A stretch of DNA of 64,000 nt. Origin: the human T2T-CHM13v2.0 reference genome, Homo sapiens. Where the stretch lies: NCBI RefSeq assembly GCF_009914755.1, contig NC_060929.1. The stretch is one strand, 5' to 3'. Under the pieces are notes generated by a model. That model was not told the DNA's origin. It saw only the letters and a list, made by a program, of their open reading frames with translations, and ran no database searches. Position 1 is the stretch's first letter. Each line of letters starts with the position of its first letter. This document shows, in pieces, positions 1 through 17,082 of the stretch. Position numbers and translations under genes: made by a program.

Positions 1-168
1 GATTTGTTATTGGCTTACTTGTATATATAATATATATATATTTACATATATATTTATATATTTATTATTTTTCCAAGAAATTGTTCATTTTATCCACAAT
101 TTCTACTTTATTCTCACAAAGTGTCATAGCTTTATCTCACTGTATTTGCAGTCATGGCTCCTTTTTTA

Positions 169-357
<189 letters not shown>

Positions 358-446
358 TTAGCCAGGCGTTGTGGCCCACCTACTTGGGAGGCTAAGGCAG
401 GGGGATCACTTGAACCCAGGAGTTGGAGGCTTTGATCCTGCCATTG

Positions 447-1314
<868 letters not shown>

Positions 1315-1619
1315 ATTGCATTGCAGCCTGGGCGACAGAGACCTTGTCTCTAATAATAAATAAATGTTTGGCTCTAAGCTTAGAAACAAAGCATTCAACT
1401 CATGGGTTAAAGAGGAAACCACAAAATCTTATTCTGGAAAATCGTAAAAGTACTATTTATTATAATGGGTGGGGTACAGTTAAATTTAGCCCTAAATGCA
1501 TTTATTTAAAACACATACACGAAAAAAACGTGTGTTCAACTAAAAACCCGGAAAAGGAAAATCAGAGGAAACAAAGCACGAGAAAAAAAGAAAGAAAGAA
1601 AGAAAGAACGAAAAAAGAA

Positions 1620-2110
1620 AAGCACGACGTTATGGCGCTTTGAGGCTGTCGCGCTACTGGTATCTGTAGTCGTGGCTGCCGTGGACCAGGAGAGACTGAA
1701 GTGGAAAACAGCGGGCGGTAGCCGAAGCAGAGAGCAAGGAAGAGCGCGGGAAGTGCAGAGCGACAGCAACAAGAAAGGGGTGGCGCGGGACGTCGTTTAC
1801 CTGGGCGACGTCCAGCCGCCCTTCCCGCCTCTGCGCGTACGCAACCTGCTTGGCGCCACTGACCTGGTGAGGAGGCTTCTTTAAGGCCGTGGACGGTTCC
1901 TACCCGCGCGCGGAGAGGACCGACGTGAAGAAGCTGCCAAAGTATAACAAGTACTACGCGAAGGGTAGGTAGGGTGGAGTCCCAGGCAGCGCGTGACGGC
2001 CGGATGCCCAGACGCGCACGTCGCCCGCAGGCGCACGCCTGGACCCGGGGGAGCCGGCTGGGGCGCCCAGGACCAGGCCTAGCCTACCGCGGGCTGCCCT
2101 TCACAGAGCT
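1620..2110. promoter_or_regulatory. CpG island inside CCL28 intron 1 (probable promoter, possibly bidirectional)
   Basis: Dense undepleted CpG and high GC in an otherwise CpG-poor window; not a recognisable repeat. Splice donors on both strands (+ GG|GTAGGT at 1964/1965; - CAG|GTAAAC at 1801/1800). Confidence 0.85.
1632..1964 (+). pseudogene. Fossil exon F1
   Basis: gttATGG (strong Kozak) at 1632. With 1-nt frameshifts near 1638 and 1870 it reads MA-FEAVALLVSVVVAAVDQERLKWK...DVVYLGDVQPPFPPLRVRNLLGATDLV-GGFFKAVDGSYPRAERTDVKKLPKYNKYYAK(G). Phase-1 donor G|GTAGGT. Confidence 0.6.
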
Positions 2111-2319
2111 GCAGGAGAAAACGTTGTATTGTGCACGCATTCCCTAACCCTTACTAGTTTTTTTTTTTTTAATTGATCGGCCAGCTTTTGATGCGGGTAT
2201 GTTAAAATCTCCCACTGTTATTGGGATTATGCCAGTTTTTTTTTTTCTTGCATTTCTGTCTACTTATGTGATACAACACTTGGGGTTATGTTTTCAGACG
2301 CCCAAGTACCCTCCTGGTC

Positions 2320-2548
2320 CACAGCCAGAATTAAAATGAGGCACGAGCCTCAGGTGCAGAATTTAAGGGACCGCCAAAAGAACTCCGTAATGAAGATAAG
2401 CAATATTTGGATGCAATATTTTTAAAAATAAAAATTAATGCAAAAAAGTCTATGATTAGTAAAATGCTGCAATTTTAAATAAAAACAAAATCTGACTGCA
2501 TTTTCACGCCTCGATCATCTCTCTTGCCTCACAGGAGTCTGGGCCCTA
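2320..2548. mobile_element. MER96B-like hAT MITE
   Basis: AATTTAAGGGACCGCCAAAAGAACTCCGTAATGAAGATAAGCAATATTT...AAAATTAATGCAAAAAA resembles MER96B; degenerate terminal inverted repeats. Confidence 0.6.
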
Positions 2549-3044
2549 GAGATAGCTTTTCTGTGAAGTGAACTTTTTTATCTTTCGGTTAAGATTCCTC
2601 TATTTCTACTATAACTTTTTGCTTAAATCATATTTTTCTGTTATTGACATTGCTACACTAATCTTTTGGTTTGTATTCATTTATTCTCTCTTTTTTTTGC
2701 GTTTTTAAATCCTTTTTCTTTGCTTTTTATTCTTTCTGTTGGAAAGGTATTTTCTGTATTTCCTTTATTAATATTTTTCTACTAAAAATTTAGGCAGAGT
2801 TGGGTCAAGAAAAAGCTCCCTTGGGAAAAATGTCTACAATATCTAGTACCGACATGTTTCTTTTTGAATCGTAGAAGTGTGTTATTTTACTAATTCAAGT
2901 GATTGTCACATCAGTAAAATTCTAGAAGCATTTATAGGGTGCTGCCTGCATTGTATCAGTCTTTGTAACAGACACCGAGTATATAAGAATTAATAAGTCA
3001 TAGTACCTGCCCTCAGGGCGCCTACAATTAGCAATTAGCAGACT

Positions 3045-3692
3045 TTTTTTTCTTTTTTTCCTTTAGATAAGATCTTGCTCTGTCACCCAAGCTGGAGTGC
3101 TGGAGTGCAGTAGTACAAACACAGCTAACTGCAGCCTTCACCTCCTGGCGTCAAGTGATCCTCTTGCCTCAGCCTCCCGTGTTGCTGGGACCACCGGTGC
3201 ACACCACCATGCCTACCTAATTTCTTTATTTTTTTGTAGAGATGGGACCTCACTTTGTGCCCAGGCAGAGCAGACATTTTTCTAACATTGTCTCATTGGA
3301 CCTCTCTGCTGTATTTAACACTTACCCATTCCTTCCTTGAAAATTTCCATATTCCTAGTTACTAGTCTCTTCTAATATTCTGAATAATGAGAAATTACAG
3401 CTGGGCACAGTGGCTCATGCCTGTAATCCCAGCACTTTGGGAGGCCAAGGCAGGAGGATCACGAGGTCAGAAGTTCAAGACCAGCCTGGCCAAGATGGTG
3501 AAACCCCATCTCTACTAAAAATACAAAAAAATTAGCCGGGCATGGTGGCAGACGCCAGTAATTCCAGTTACTCAGGAGGCTGAGACAGAGAATTGCTTGA
3601 ACCCGGGAGGTGGAGGTTGCAGTGAGCCGAGATTGTGCCACTGCACTCCAGCCTGGGCGACAGAGAGGGACTCCATCTCAAAAAAAAAGAAG
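3045..3692. mobile_element. Partial AluJ (~3045-3265, -) and AluS (~3399-3692, +)
   Basis: Alu consensus motifs and A/T tails. Confidence 0.85.
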
Positions 3693-3699
3693 AGAAATT

Positions 3700-4390
3700 A
3701 CTTTCTCTGCCTCTTGAATGCGTCCTCCTTTGCCCTCTCCTCAATAGTTAGCATTCTGAAAGTGCCATCCCTAACCTACTGCTCTTTTCTTTCCACATCT
3801 CATGTTTAAAATTTTTACTATGTCAGTAACTTCAAAATGTGTTTTTTTAGCTCTACCCAAATATTCTGATGTGTATCCACCTGCCATTGAATATGCACTT
3901 GGATATCCCACAGGCACCCCAAACTCAACAGAGCCGCAACTGAAGACATCATCTCCTGCCACTTTAAATCTACTGTTTTCCTTTTCTCATCTCGTTTAAT
4001 CACTTTGTACTGTTATCCAAGTGTAATTCCATCTTCTGCACTCCCATGGCCAGTCAAACTCCTGTAGATTGTATTTTCCTTAACACTTTTCAGATCTGTC
4101 TCCTCTTTCTCCTTGTTACCACTCTTAGTTCAGGACCTTATTAATTGACTTCTGGACTGCTGAACCTCTCAGTTGTCTACTTTCTTCCAATTTTGTCATT
4201 TCCCCATTTGAATCTGAGGTCCCACAGTACCTTGTGCTTTCCTATATCTTAGTCTTTACCATGTATGACATTAAGAGTCTATATGACTGTCTTTTGACTG
4301 TAAGCTCCCACAGGGCATCTTTGTAACCCCCCACCACATAGCACATTGTCTGGTATTAGTGCTAAAAAAGTTTCTTGGACTGAACTAAGC
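3700..4390. mobile_element. Degenerate L2 LINE remnants
   Basis: Pyrimidine-rich L2-like phrases such as GGATATCCCACAGGCACCCCAAACTCAACA and GACTGTAAGCTCCCACAGGGCA. Confidence 0.55.
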
Positions 4391-4466
4391 TCCGATCTTA
4401 TCAGTGTTTCATTTTTATCTTGTTTTAAGGCTTTTAATGTCCAAAATATTTTTGCTTTTTTTCTAG

Positions 4467-4569
4467 GAATAGTATTTTCAGTTTTTGGTCAAGCTCTTAT
4501 GTCCCAAATTATCTACAATTACACAGTGCTTTTCATAGGTACCATCCCTGCACATTGAAGTAATAAGGG
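4467..4569 (+). pseudogene. Fossil exon F2 (phase 1 to 2)
   Basis: Acceptor TTTTTGCTTTTTTTCTAG|G; reads (G)IVFSVFGQALMSQIIYNYTVLFIGTIPAH*SNK(G) in frame with F1; one TGA (4556-4558); donor GG|GTCAGT. Confidence 0.55.
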
Positions 4570-4674
4570 GTCAGTCAATATGATAAATCATTTGTTCACT
4601 ATATGTAATATTGTAAAGATGTTTTTAGTATCTGATCAAAAGCATTCCTATTTGTCTTATTATGGTGTTATTTC

Positions 4675-4974
4675 TTTTCTTTTTTTTTTTTTTGGGAGAC
4701 CGTCTTGTTCTGTTGCCCAGGCTGGAGCGCAATGGTGTGATCACGGCTCACCGCAGCCTTGAATGCCCAGGCTCAAGTGATCCTCCTGCCTTAGCTGCCC
4801 AAGTAGCTCGGACTACAGGTGCACCCCACTATGCCTGGCTAATTTTTAAAATTTTTTGCAGAAACAGGGTGTTGTATGTTACCCAGGCTGGTCTCAAACT
4901 CCTAGCCTCAAGCAATCCTCCCACCTCAGCCTCCCAAAGTGCTAGGATTATAGGCATGAGCCACTGCACCTGGC
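4675..4974 (-). mobile_element. AluJ
   Basis: Full Alu; TSD-like TATT(A/C)TGGTGTTATTTCT on both sides. Confidence 0.9.
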
Positions 4975-5028
4975 CTTATTCTGGTGTTATTTCTATTAGT
5001 TTTGGATTATTGTCATTATTATTCCCAG

Positions 5029-5171
5029 TATTAAGTGTATGGATGATTTTCCAGGAATGTGAGTCCCTGTTTTGGTTCTGTCTATGATACAGTTTTAGTC
5101 ACTAGAGGGCTGTAAAGATCTCTTAGTGCTCAAGAACTGTTGGCACTACACATCAAATTTGTGATACAAAA
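5029..5171 (+). pseudogene. Fossil exon F3 (weak; phase 2 to 1)
   Basis: Acceptor TTATTCCCAG|T; reads IKCMDDFPGM*VPVLVLSMIQF*SLEGCKDLLVLKNCWHYTSNL*YK; weak donor A|GTTAGA. Three stops in 47 codons, so support is mainly phase fit. Confidence 0.35.
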
Positions 5172-5194
5172 GTTAGATTCTGGGTTTTGTTATT

Positions 5195-5956
<762 letters not shown>

Positions 5957-6279
5957 TCAGAATGTGGTTAGAACACATCTCTCCATTCTTGTGGACCTCA
6001 CACCTTAATGTAGCCAGATCATGCAGTGGGTGCCAACAGATGACCACTGCTGTCACTAAGTGGGCAGGTAGGACTCACTAATCCATGATATATGGAACTG
6101 CTATTCCCAAATAAAGTCCTGCCAGGTACTTTTTGGAACCCTGGGATAATGTTTGGGGGCATGGAGAGTGGATGGGGATTTTTCTTTGCTTTAACATGAT
6201 ACAGACACTAGAGTGGTCAGGGGATAGTCTTGAAGGGGTTTGGATAATTGTGTGCCATAAAAACATCCTGAGAGGCTTT

Positions 6280-7175
6280 GTAGCATGGTACTTAAGCATG
6301 TGGAGACTACCAGGTTTAAATTATCCTTCTGCTAGTTACTAGCTGACCTTGGGTGAGTTAACTCTCTGTATCTCAATCCTTTTTTCTGTAATATGGGGGT
6401 GGTCCTAGCATCTACCTCAGGGTTATTGTGAAGATTGCATGAGTTTGTACATTTAAGTGCTTAGAACAGGAGTGACAAACAACACTCAATAAATGGAAAC
6501 AAAAAGGACATATGTGGGCCAATATGCAGTACAGTCCCTGGCTCATAGTAAGTATACAGGTGCCCATTAAATGTTTGTGGAATGTGCCACTTGTTTATTT
6601 ATTTTCCCTCAGTTTCAAACTCACCCTTAATTTCCTGTTCTATGAAATTGAGATGGGCCCTTAAATATTTTTCCTTGGCTAGCTGGAACGTTGTTAAACT
6701 TTATCTACAGAAGATATTGAAGGGACATTGCAGGAAGAGGGGGTTTTCCTTCCTGGCTCCAGGGTTCTCTCATCAGGTTCCTGTAGACCCAGCTTCTGCA
6801 GTGCTTTAGCTTCAGTGCATGGCAACTAGCAGCACCCCTACAGGCAGGTTTGTAGCCCAGCATGTCCAGTGAGATGCTTCCCTGTGAAGGACTTTCCCCT
6901 GCAAACTAGAAGGTGGATATCCAGCATGTTCTGCCAGTACAGACAGGTGACTTTTCTGCCATTTGTTGAGCCATGGCTGGATCTCAGCTGGGGAGGGTAA
7001 GGGTGCAGGAATTCTTCCTTGAGTGATTTGTTTTAGCCCTTGGAATATCTGCTTTTCCTACATTCCTTAAAATTCTCTTTCTTTCTAGCCTATCTCTTGT
7101 TATAGTTAATAATTTGTTCATATTAAACTTTCAAATTATCTGGTTTCTGTCTCCTAATAGGACCTTGATTAATAT
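6280..7175. mobile_element. MIR (~6280-6492) and an old ERVL LTR33/41-like LTR (~6582-7175)
   Basis: MIR core TACTAGCTGACCTTGGGTGAGTTAACTCTCTG; LTR-like 3' end TGGTTTCTGTCTCCTAATAGGACCTTGATTAATA. Confidence 0.5.
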
Positions 7176-7480
7176 TAATAATAAATGAATAAATGAAACA
7201 TTAACATTCCCAATTGTTCTGGGAAGTTTAAATGTTTTATGTAAGATGAAGATGCAGATTTTCAGAATTAACTTTTTGTGTTGAATAGATATACTGTTAT
7301 CTATGATTAAAATATGTGTTAAGACAATATGTAGATTGTGATCCTGTTTCTGTTCTAAAAAATTGGTGTGTGCCGGTTCCAAGATGGCCGAATAGGAACA
7401 GCTCCAGTCTACAGCTCCCAGCGTGAGCAACACAGAAAACGGGTGATTTCTGCATTTCCAACTGAGGTACTGGGACCATC

Positions 7481-7807
7481 TCACTGTGGCTTGTCAGACA
7501 GTGGGTGCAGTCCATGGAGCGTGAGCTGAAGCAGGGCAGGGCGTTGTCTCACCCAGGAAGTGCAAGGGGTCGGGGAATTCCCTTTCCTAGCCAAGGGAAG
7601 CCGTGACAGACAGTACCTGGAAAATCGGGACACTCCCACCCTAATACTGCGCTTTTCCAATGGTCTTAGCAAACGGCACACCAGAAGATTATATCCCATG
7701 CCTGGCTTGGAGGGTCCCACACCCACAGAGCCTCGCTCACTGCTAGCACAGCGGTCTGAGATTGAACAGCAAGGCGGCAGTGAGGCTGGGGGAAGGGCGT
7801 CTGCCAT
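7481..7807 (-). CDS. L1 ORF0 (antisense 5'-UTR ORF), open for 108 aa
   Basis: MADALPPASLPPCCSISDRCASSERGSVGVGPSKPG...RIRVGVSRFSR-type sequence matching primate L1 ORF0; gcaATGG Kozak at 7807. Expression unknown. Confidence 0.6.
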   Translation of the reverse strand: MADALPPASLPPCCSISDRCASSERGSVGVGPSKPGMGYNLLVCRLLRPLEKRSIRVGVSRFSRYCLSRLPLARKGNSPTPCTSWVRQRPALLQLTLHGLHPLSDKPQ

Positions 7808-8382
7808 TGCTGAGGCTTGAATAGGTAAACAAAATGGCCAGGAAGCTCGAACTGGGTGGAGCCCACTGCAGCTCAAGGAGGCCTGCCTGCCTCTGTAGAC
7901 TCCACCTCTGGGAACAGGGCATAGTTGAACAAAAGGCAGCAGAAACTTCTGCAGACTTAAACGTCCCTATCTGGCAGCTTTGAAGAGAGTAGTGGTTCTA
8001 CCAGCATGGAGTTTGAGATCTGAGAATGGACAGATTGCATCCTCAAGTGGGTCCCTGACCCCTGAGTAGCCTAACTGGGAGACTCCTCCCAGTAGGGGCC
8101 GACTGACACCTCATACAGCCGGGTGACCCTCTGAGATGAAGCTTGCAGAGGAAGGATCAGGCAGCAACATTTGCCATTCTGCAATATTTGCTGTTCTGCA
8201 GCCTCCGCTGGTGATATCCAGGCAAACAGGGTCTGGAGTGGACCTCCAGCAAACTCCAACAGACCTGCAGCTGAGGGTCCTGACTGTCAGAAGGAAAACT
8301 AACAAACAGAAAGGACATCCACACCAAAACCCCATCTGTACGTCACCATCATCAAAGACCAAAGGTAGACAAAACCACAAAA

Positions 8383-9397
8383 ATGGAGAAAAAACAGAGC
8401 AGAAAAACTGACAAATCTAAAAATCAGAGTGCCTTTCCTCCTCCAAAGGAACGCAGCTCCTCACCAGCAATGGAACAAAGCTGGATGGAAAATGACTTTG
8501 ACAAGTTGAGAGAAGAAGGCTTCAGATGATCAAACTACTCCGAGCTAAAGGAGGAAGTTCGAACCCATGGCAAAGAAGTTAAAAACCTTGAAAAAAGATT
8601 AGATGAATGGCTAACTATAATAACCAATGCAGAGAAGTCCTTAAAGGACCTGATGGAGCTGAAAACCACAGCACGAGAACTACGTGACGAATGCAGAAGC
8701 CTCAGTAGCCGATTCGACCAACTGGAAGGAAGGGTATGGTGATGGAAGATGAAATGAATGAAATGAAGTGAGAAGAGAAGTTTAGAGAAAAAAGAATAAA
8801 AAGAAATGAACAAAGCCTCCAAGAAATATGGGACTATGTGAAAAGACCAAATCTACGTCTGATTGGTGTATCTGAAAGTGACGGGGAGAATGGAACCAAG
8901 TTGGAAAACACTCTTCAGGATATCATCCAGGAGAACTTCCCCAACCTAGCAAGGCAGGCCAACATTCAAATTCAGGAAATACAGAGAATGCCACAAAATA
9001 CTCCTCAAGAAGAGCAACTCTGAGACACATAATTGTCAGATTCACCAAAGTTGAAATGAAGGAAAAAATGTTAAGGGCAGCCAGAGAGAAAGGTCGGGTT
9101 ACCCACAAAGGGAAGCCCATCAGACTAACAGCTGATCCCTCAGCAGAAACTCTACAAGCCAGAAGAGAGTAGGGGCCAATATTCAACATTCTTAAAGAAA
9201 AGAATTTTCAACTCAGAATCTCATATCCACCCAAACTAAGCTTCATAAGTGAAGGAGAAATAAACCCCTTTACAGACAAGCAAATGCTGAGAGATTTTGT
9301 CACCACCAGGCCTGTCTTACAAGAGCTCCTGAAGGGAGCACTAAACATGGAAAGAAAGAACCAGTACCAGCCACTGCAAAAACATGCCAAATTGTAA
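8383..9397 (+). pseudogene. L1 ORF1p, disrupted
   Basis: ATG GAG AAA AAA CAG AGC AGA AAA start; VKRPNLRLIGV..ENGTKLENTLQDIIQENFPNLARQANIQIQE; several stops and frameshifts. Confidence 0.9.
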
Positions 9398-9460
9398 AGA
9401 CCATCGATGCTAGGAAGAAACTGCATCAACTAACGGGCAAAATAACCAGCTAGCATCATA

Positions 9461-13264
<3,804 letters not shown>

Positions 13265-13724
13265 ACAGTGAGAACACTTGGACCCAGGGTGGGGAACATC
13301 ACACACCAGGGCCTGTCGTAAGGTGGGGGGAGCGGGGAGGGATAGCGTTAGGAGATATACTTATTGTAAATGATGAGTTAATGGGTGCAGCACACCTACA
13401 TGGCACATGTATACATATGTAACAAACCTGCACATTGTGCACATGTACCCTAGACCTTTAAGTATAATAAAAAAAAATTGGTGTGGATGTATGTGTGGGT
13501 TCACATTGCTAAATGCATAGAGGAAATTCTGGAAGGATATGCAGAACCCTCTGGAGAGGGGAGAGGGATTAAAGGAATGATGAAGAGGGACTTTCCTTTT
13601 TTTAATTCTTTAAATTTTTATATTTGAAAATACACTAAGTATTTGTAACTTTCATAATATTAGGATAAATTCTTTAATTTTTGTGACATTTTTGGTAATT
13701 TTATTTTTTTGGTAATTTTTTACT

Positions 13725-14313
<589 letters not shown>

Positions 14314-14314
14314 A

Positions 14315-14433
14315 CCTATGTCAGACCTCTTAGGGACCACAATTGGAGTCCCAATTGTGCAGAACAACATTGAGTCACAAATGTATATTCGTGGTAACCT
14401 TCCCTAGCCAGAGTCTTATGATTAAAACAAAAG
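14315..14433 (+). pseudogene. Fossil exon F4 (5' end clipped; phase-1 donor)
   Basis: [30 protein letters not shown], then a 1-nt shift at ~14404 gives SQSLMIKTK; donor AAG|GTAAAC. Confidence 0.55.
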
Positions 14434-15797
14434 GTAAACGTTTTAGGATGCAAGCAGCAAATCTCTAGCAAGTATTGGTGTGATTCAGTAGCCATTGTAC
14501 TCTGAGAAAGAAGGTTGTCAGTGGGAAGGCAATTTGGGACTCACTGCAGCAAAACCTCCTAACTTGAATCTGCTGGGCACAAGTGAGCCTTAATCTTAAT
14601 GTACAATAAAACAGCCAGGCCCACAAAGTCCTAGATTGTGGGTTTAAATAATCAGGCTCAGGGCCACCGAAACAGGATGATAGACATGTTTATGGATTCA
14701 GTATTGAGTTCTGGGAGCCAGCAGCCACGTCAGCAGAGGTGGAGTGTGCCCTACCTTTGGGCAGAATCCAAGGCTTTTAATTATAGATAAAGTCACCTGC
14801 TTCCTGATTTATGCAAAACACTTAGGGAATGCCAGTTATTGAGCCATCACAACAAGATAGCCATTTAAGACACCATTAAGATAAGGGAACAGCTTTCTGC
14901 CTCAAGGAAACAAAATATATTTCCCAAAGTTCCAAACTGGCACAGGCCTTTTTCCTATTCCCCTTGCCAAGGCCACCTGTCCTCTTCTCTGCACTGTTGA
15001 GTTGTTGAGTGTTCTCTACCTTCCTCCCTCCCCACTTGGTTTTCCACCCCCTCCCTGGAGCCAGAATCACTTAAGTGCCTCCCACAGGGCACCTGGCTTA
15101 CATGGACACTTGAGTGGAAGTTTGTTAAGAATAGCTGTGGCGTTGCCCCTCTATTCCACGACTGTTCTCAGGCCTACTTGTGTATTTTTACCCAGTATCA
15201 CTTATTTTTAAATGACAGAAGTTTGGAGCTTCTCAGGCAATGTGATTTTCCTGTGGCCTAAACTGCCTTAGGTAAAGCATCGAGACTAACCCAAAAGGCT
15301 ATTGCTGGGTCTCTCGGCTCCCTTCCTTATTATCACCAGCAGCCGTACCTTTTCACACACCTCTGCATTTTGCCGTTCCACCCCACCGTCTCTACCAGGA
15401 CTCAGTCCCATGTGAAGGTGGGTCCTGGGTATGGCAGAGCCTTCCTCATTACCCTCTGCCTCCTCGACCTGCTGTTCCCTCCCTCCTTTCCTGTAGGAGA
15501 GCTGCCGCTGTGGGGACAGGTGGGAGTAGGTCAGGAAGCTGGATGGAGGTACACATTTCAAAGTTTTATGTAAAAAATTTGAGTTGGTGGAATTACCAGA
15601 ACTAGGAGTGAAGCCTTAGCAGGTAGGCCTTTCAGAAATAGTGAAAATGAGTCCCCAAATCTCAATGGTGAATTTTTCTGAGAAATGTTACAGAAACATA
15701 AAGTGACAAATTTTTGTCTTTATATTGATAAGATAGATAGATTAGTAGAAATTGAGAAGAGATTGTCCAGGTTTTTTCTGTTGCTTATTTGTATAAG

Positions 15798-15969
15798 CCC
15801 AGTACATTGACGGACTATATTGGGAGTCCCTAAGCAAATGCCTGCAGGGACCAGGCAGTTAATACAGCAAACTTCAGAGGCTCATCTGCTTTAGCCAGTT
15901 CTTGCCATGGTATGGTGGAATCATTGTTGCCACATCTGATTTCTCAAGAGAAGCTTTAAAATCCAATTT
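15798..15969 (+). pseudogene. Fossil exon F5 (phase 1 to 2)
   Basis: Acceptor TTTTTTCTGTTGCTTATTTGTATAAG|; reads (A)QYIDGLYWESLSKCLQGPGS*YSKLQRLICFSQFLPWYGGIIVATSDFSREALKSN(L); one stop (15860-15862); donor TT|GTATGT. Confidence 0.65.
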
Positions 15970-16309
15970 GTATGTGTGTATGTATGAGTATGTACATGAG
16001 AAAGCTTTCAGTTTTAAAATGTTGGCTCAGATTTTTAAAAAGCAGACCAAAGACTTATATTCCACCTCTGCTCTAGACTTAGAGAATCTGTTCAGGATAA
16101 AGCTTAAAGAAAAGATGACAATGGAAAAGAGTCATTGGTCAAGTATTAAGTACTGACACTTAGGGTTTCCTGAATATAGTAGTGAGTGCTACTTTAGAAG
16201 AGATTCCCTCTAGTTCAAATGCAGTTACAATCTCCAAATACATGCTAGCAACTCACGATTTAAATTCTCTTTGACATAATTTGTATGGTTCAATCTCCCT
16301 CATCCTGCT

Positions 16310-16561
16310 TTTCTTCTTTTTCTTTCTTTCCTTTCCTTTCTTCCTTTCCTTCTCTTTCCCCTCCCCTCCCCTCTTTTTGTTTTTAACAGATGGGGTTTTA
16401 CTATGTTGCCCAAGCTGGAGTGCAGTGGCAATTCAGAGTGCAGTGGCAATTCACAGTGTGATCATAGCTCACTGCAATCTTGAATTCCTGGCCTGAAGCT
16501 ATCCTCCAGCCGTAGCCTCCCAAGTAGGTGGGAATACAGGCATGCACCACTGTGCTCAGCT
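16310..16561 (-). mobile_element. Alu monomer/AluJ arm with CT-rich tail
   Basis: Alu motifs; contains an 18-bp tandem duplication GAGTGCAGTGGCAATTCA (16418-16453). Confidence 0.75.
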
Positions 16562-16614
16562 CTGCCCTCCCTTTTTAAAGGTCAGACTGAAGTTTCAGTT
16601 TTCTGTATCCATAG

Positions 16615-16950
16615 AGCTGACTTTGCTCAGGAAATTTACAACTTACCTAATTTGAACGCAGCTGGCCAAGTCTGTATTTCCCTCCAGGAATGTGCACAGT
16701 TGTGTTCAGACCGTTTAGCAGGTTGGGGTGTGGAGGAAGACAGATGAATAGTAGGGGCTTTACTCCAGCCTCTAGCTGGGGATTTTCTAAGATACTGTCT
16801 TCAGAAAAGGAAACATAGCTCGAAGTTGTACCTACATGGAAGGACCTCATCCTCCAGGTGGCAAAAATTTGTAGTATGCCTGTTAGAATGAGGTTCCTTC
16901 CTGAAACTTCTGGGAGATCTAGAATTTAAAGCTATGTCATTCTCTTGTAG
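16615..16950 (+). pseudogene. Fossil exon F6 (336 nt, phase 2 to 2)
   Basis: Acceptor TTTTCTGTATCCATAG|; a single frame for 112 codons, ADFAQEIYNLPNLNAAGQVCISLQECAQLCSDRLAGWG...GSFLKLLGDLEFKAMSFSC, with only two TGA (16745, 16889); donor TAG|GTAATC. Confidence 0.7.
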
Positions 16951-17082
16951 GTAATCAGAAATCAATTGGAAATTCCTGCTTGAAGAGATAGATATTCTTG
17001 CCCCACCTCAATCCTTCCAGCACAGATTTGGGAGATACCCCCCTTTCCAGTGAAGGCCTAAGTGTCCAGTGCCCCCACTCAC

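Noticed and set aside
5960-6270. Possible extra fossil exon (YFLEPWDNVWGHGEW)
   Set aside because: Unique and somewhat coding-like, but I found no clear acceptor/donor pair or preferred frame.
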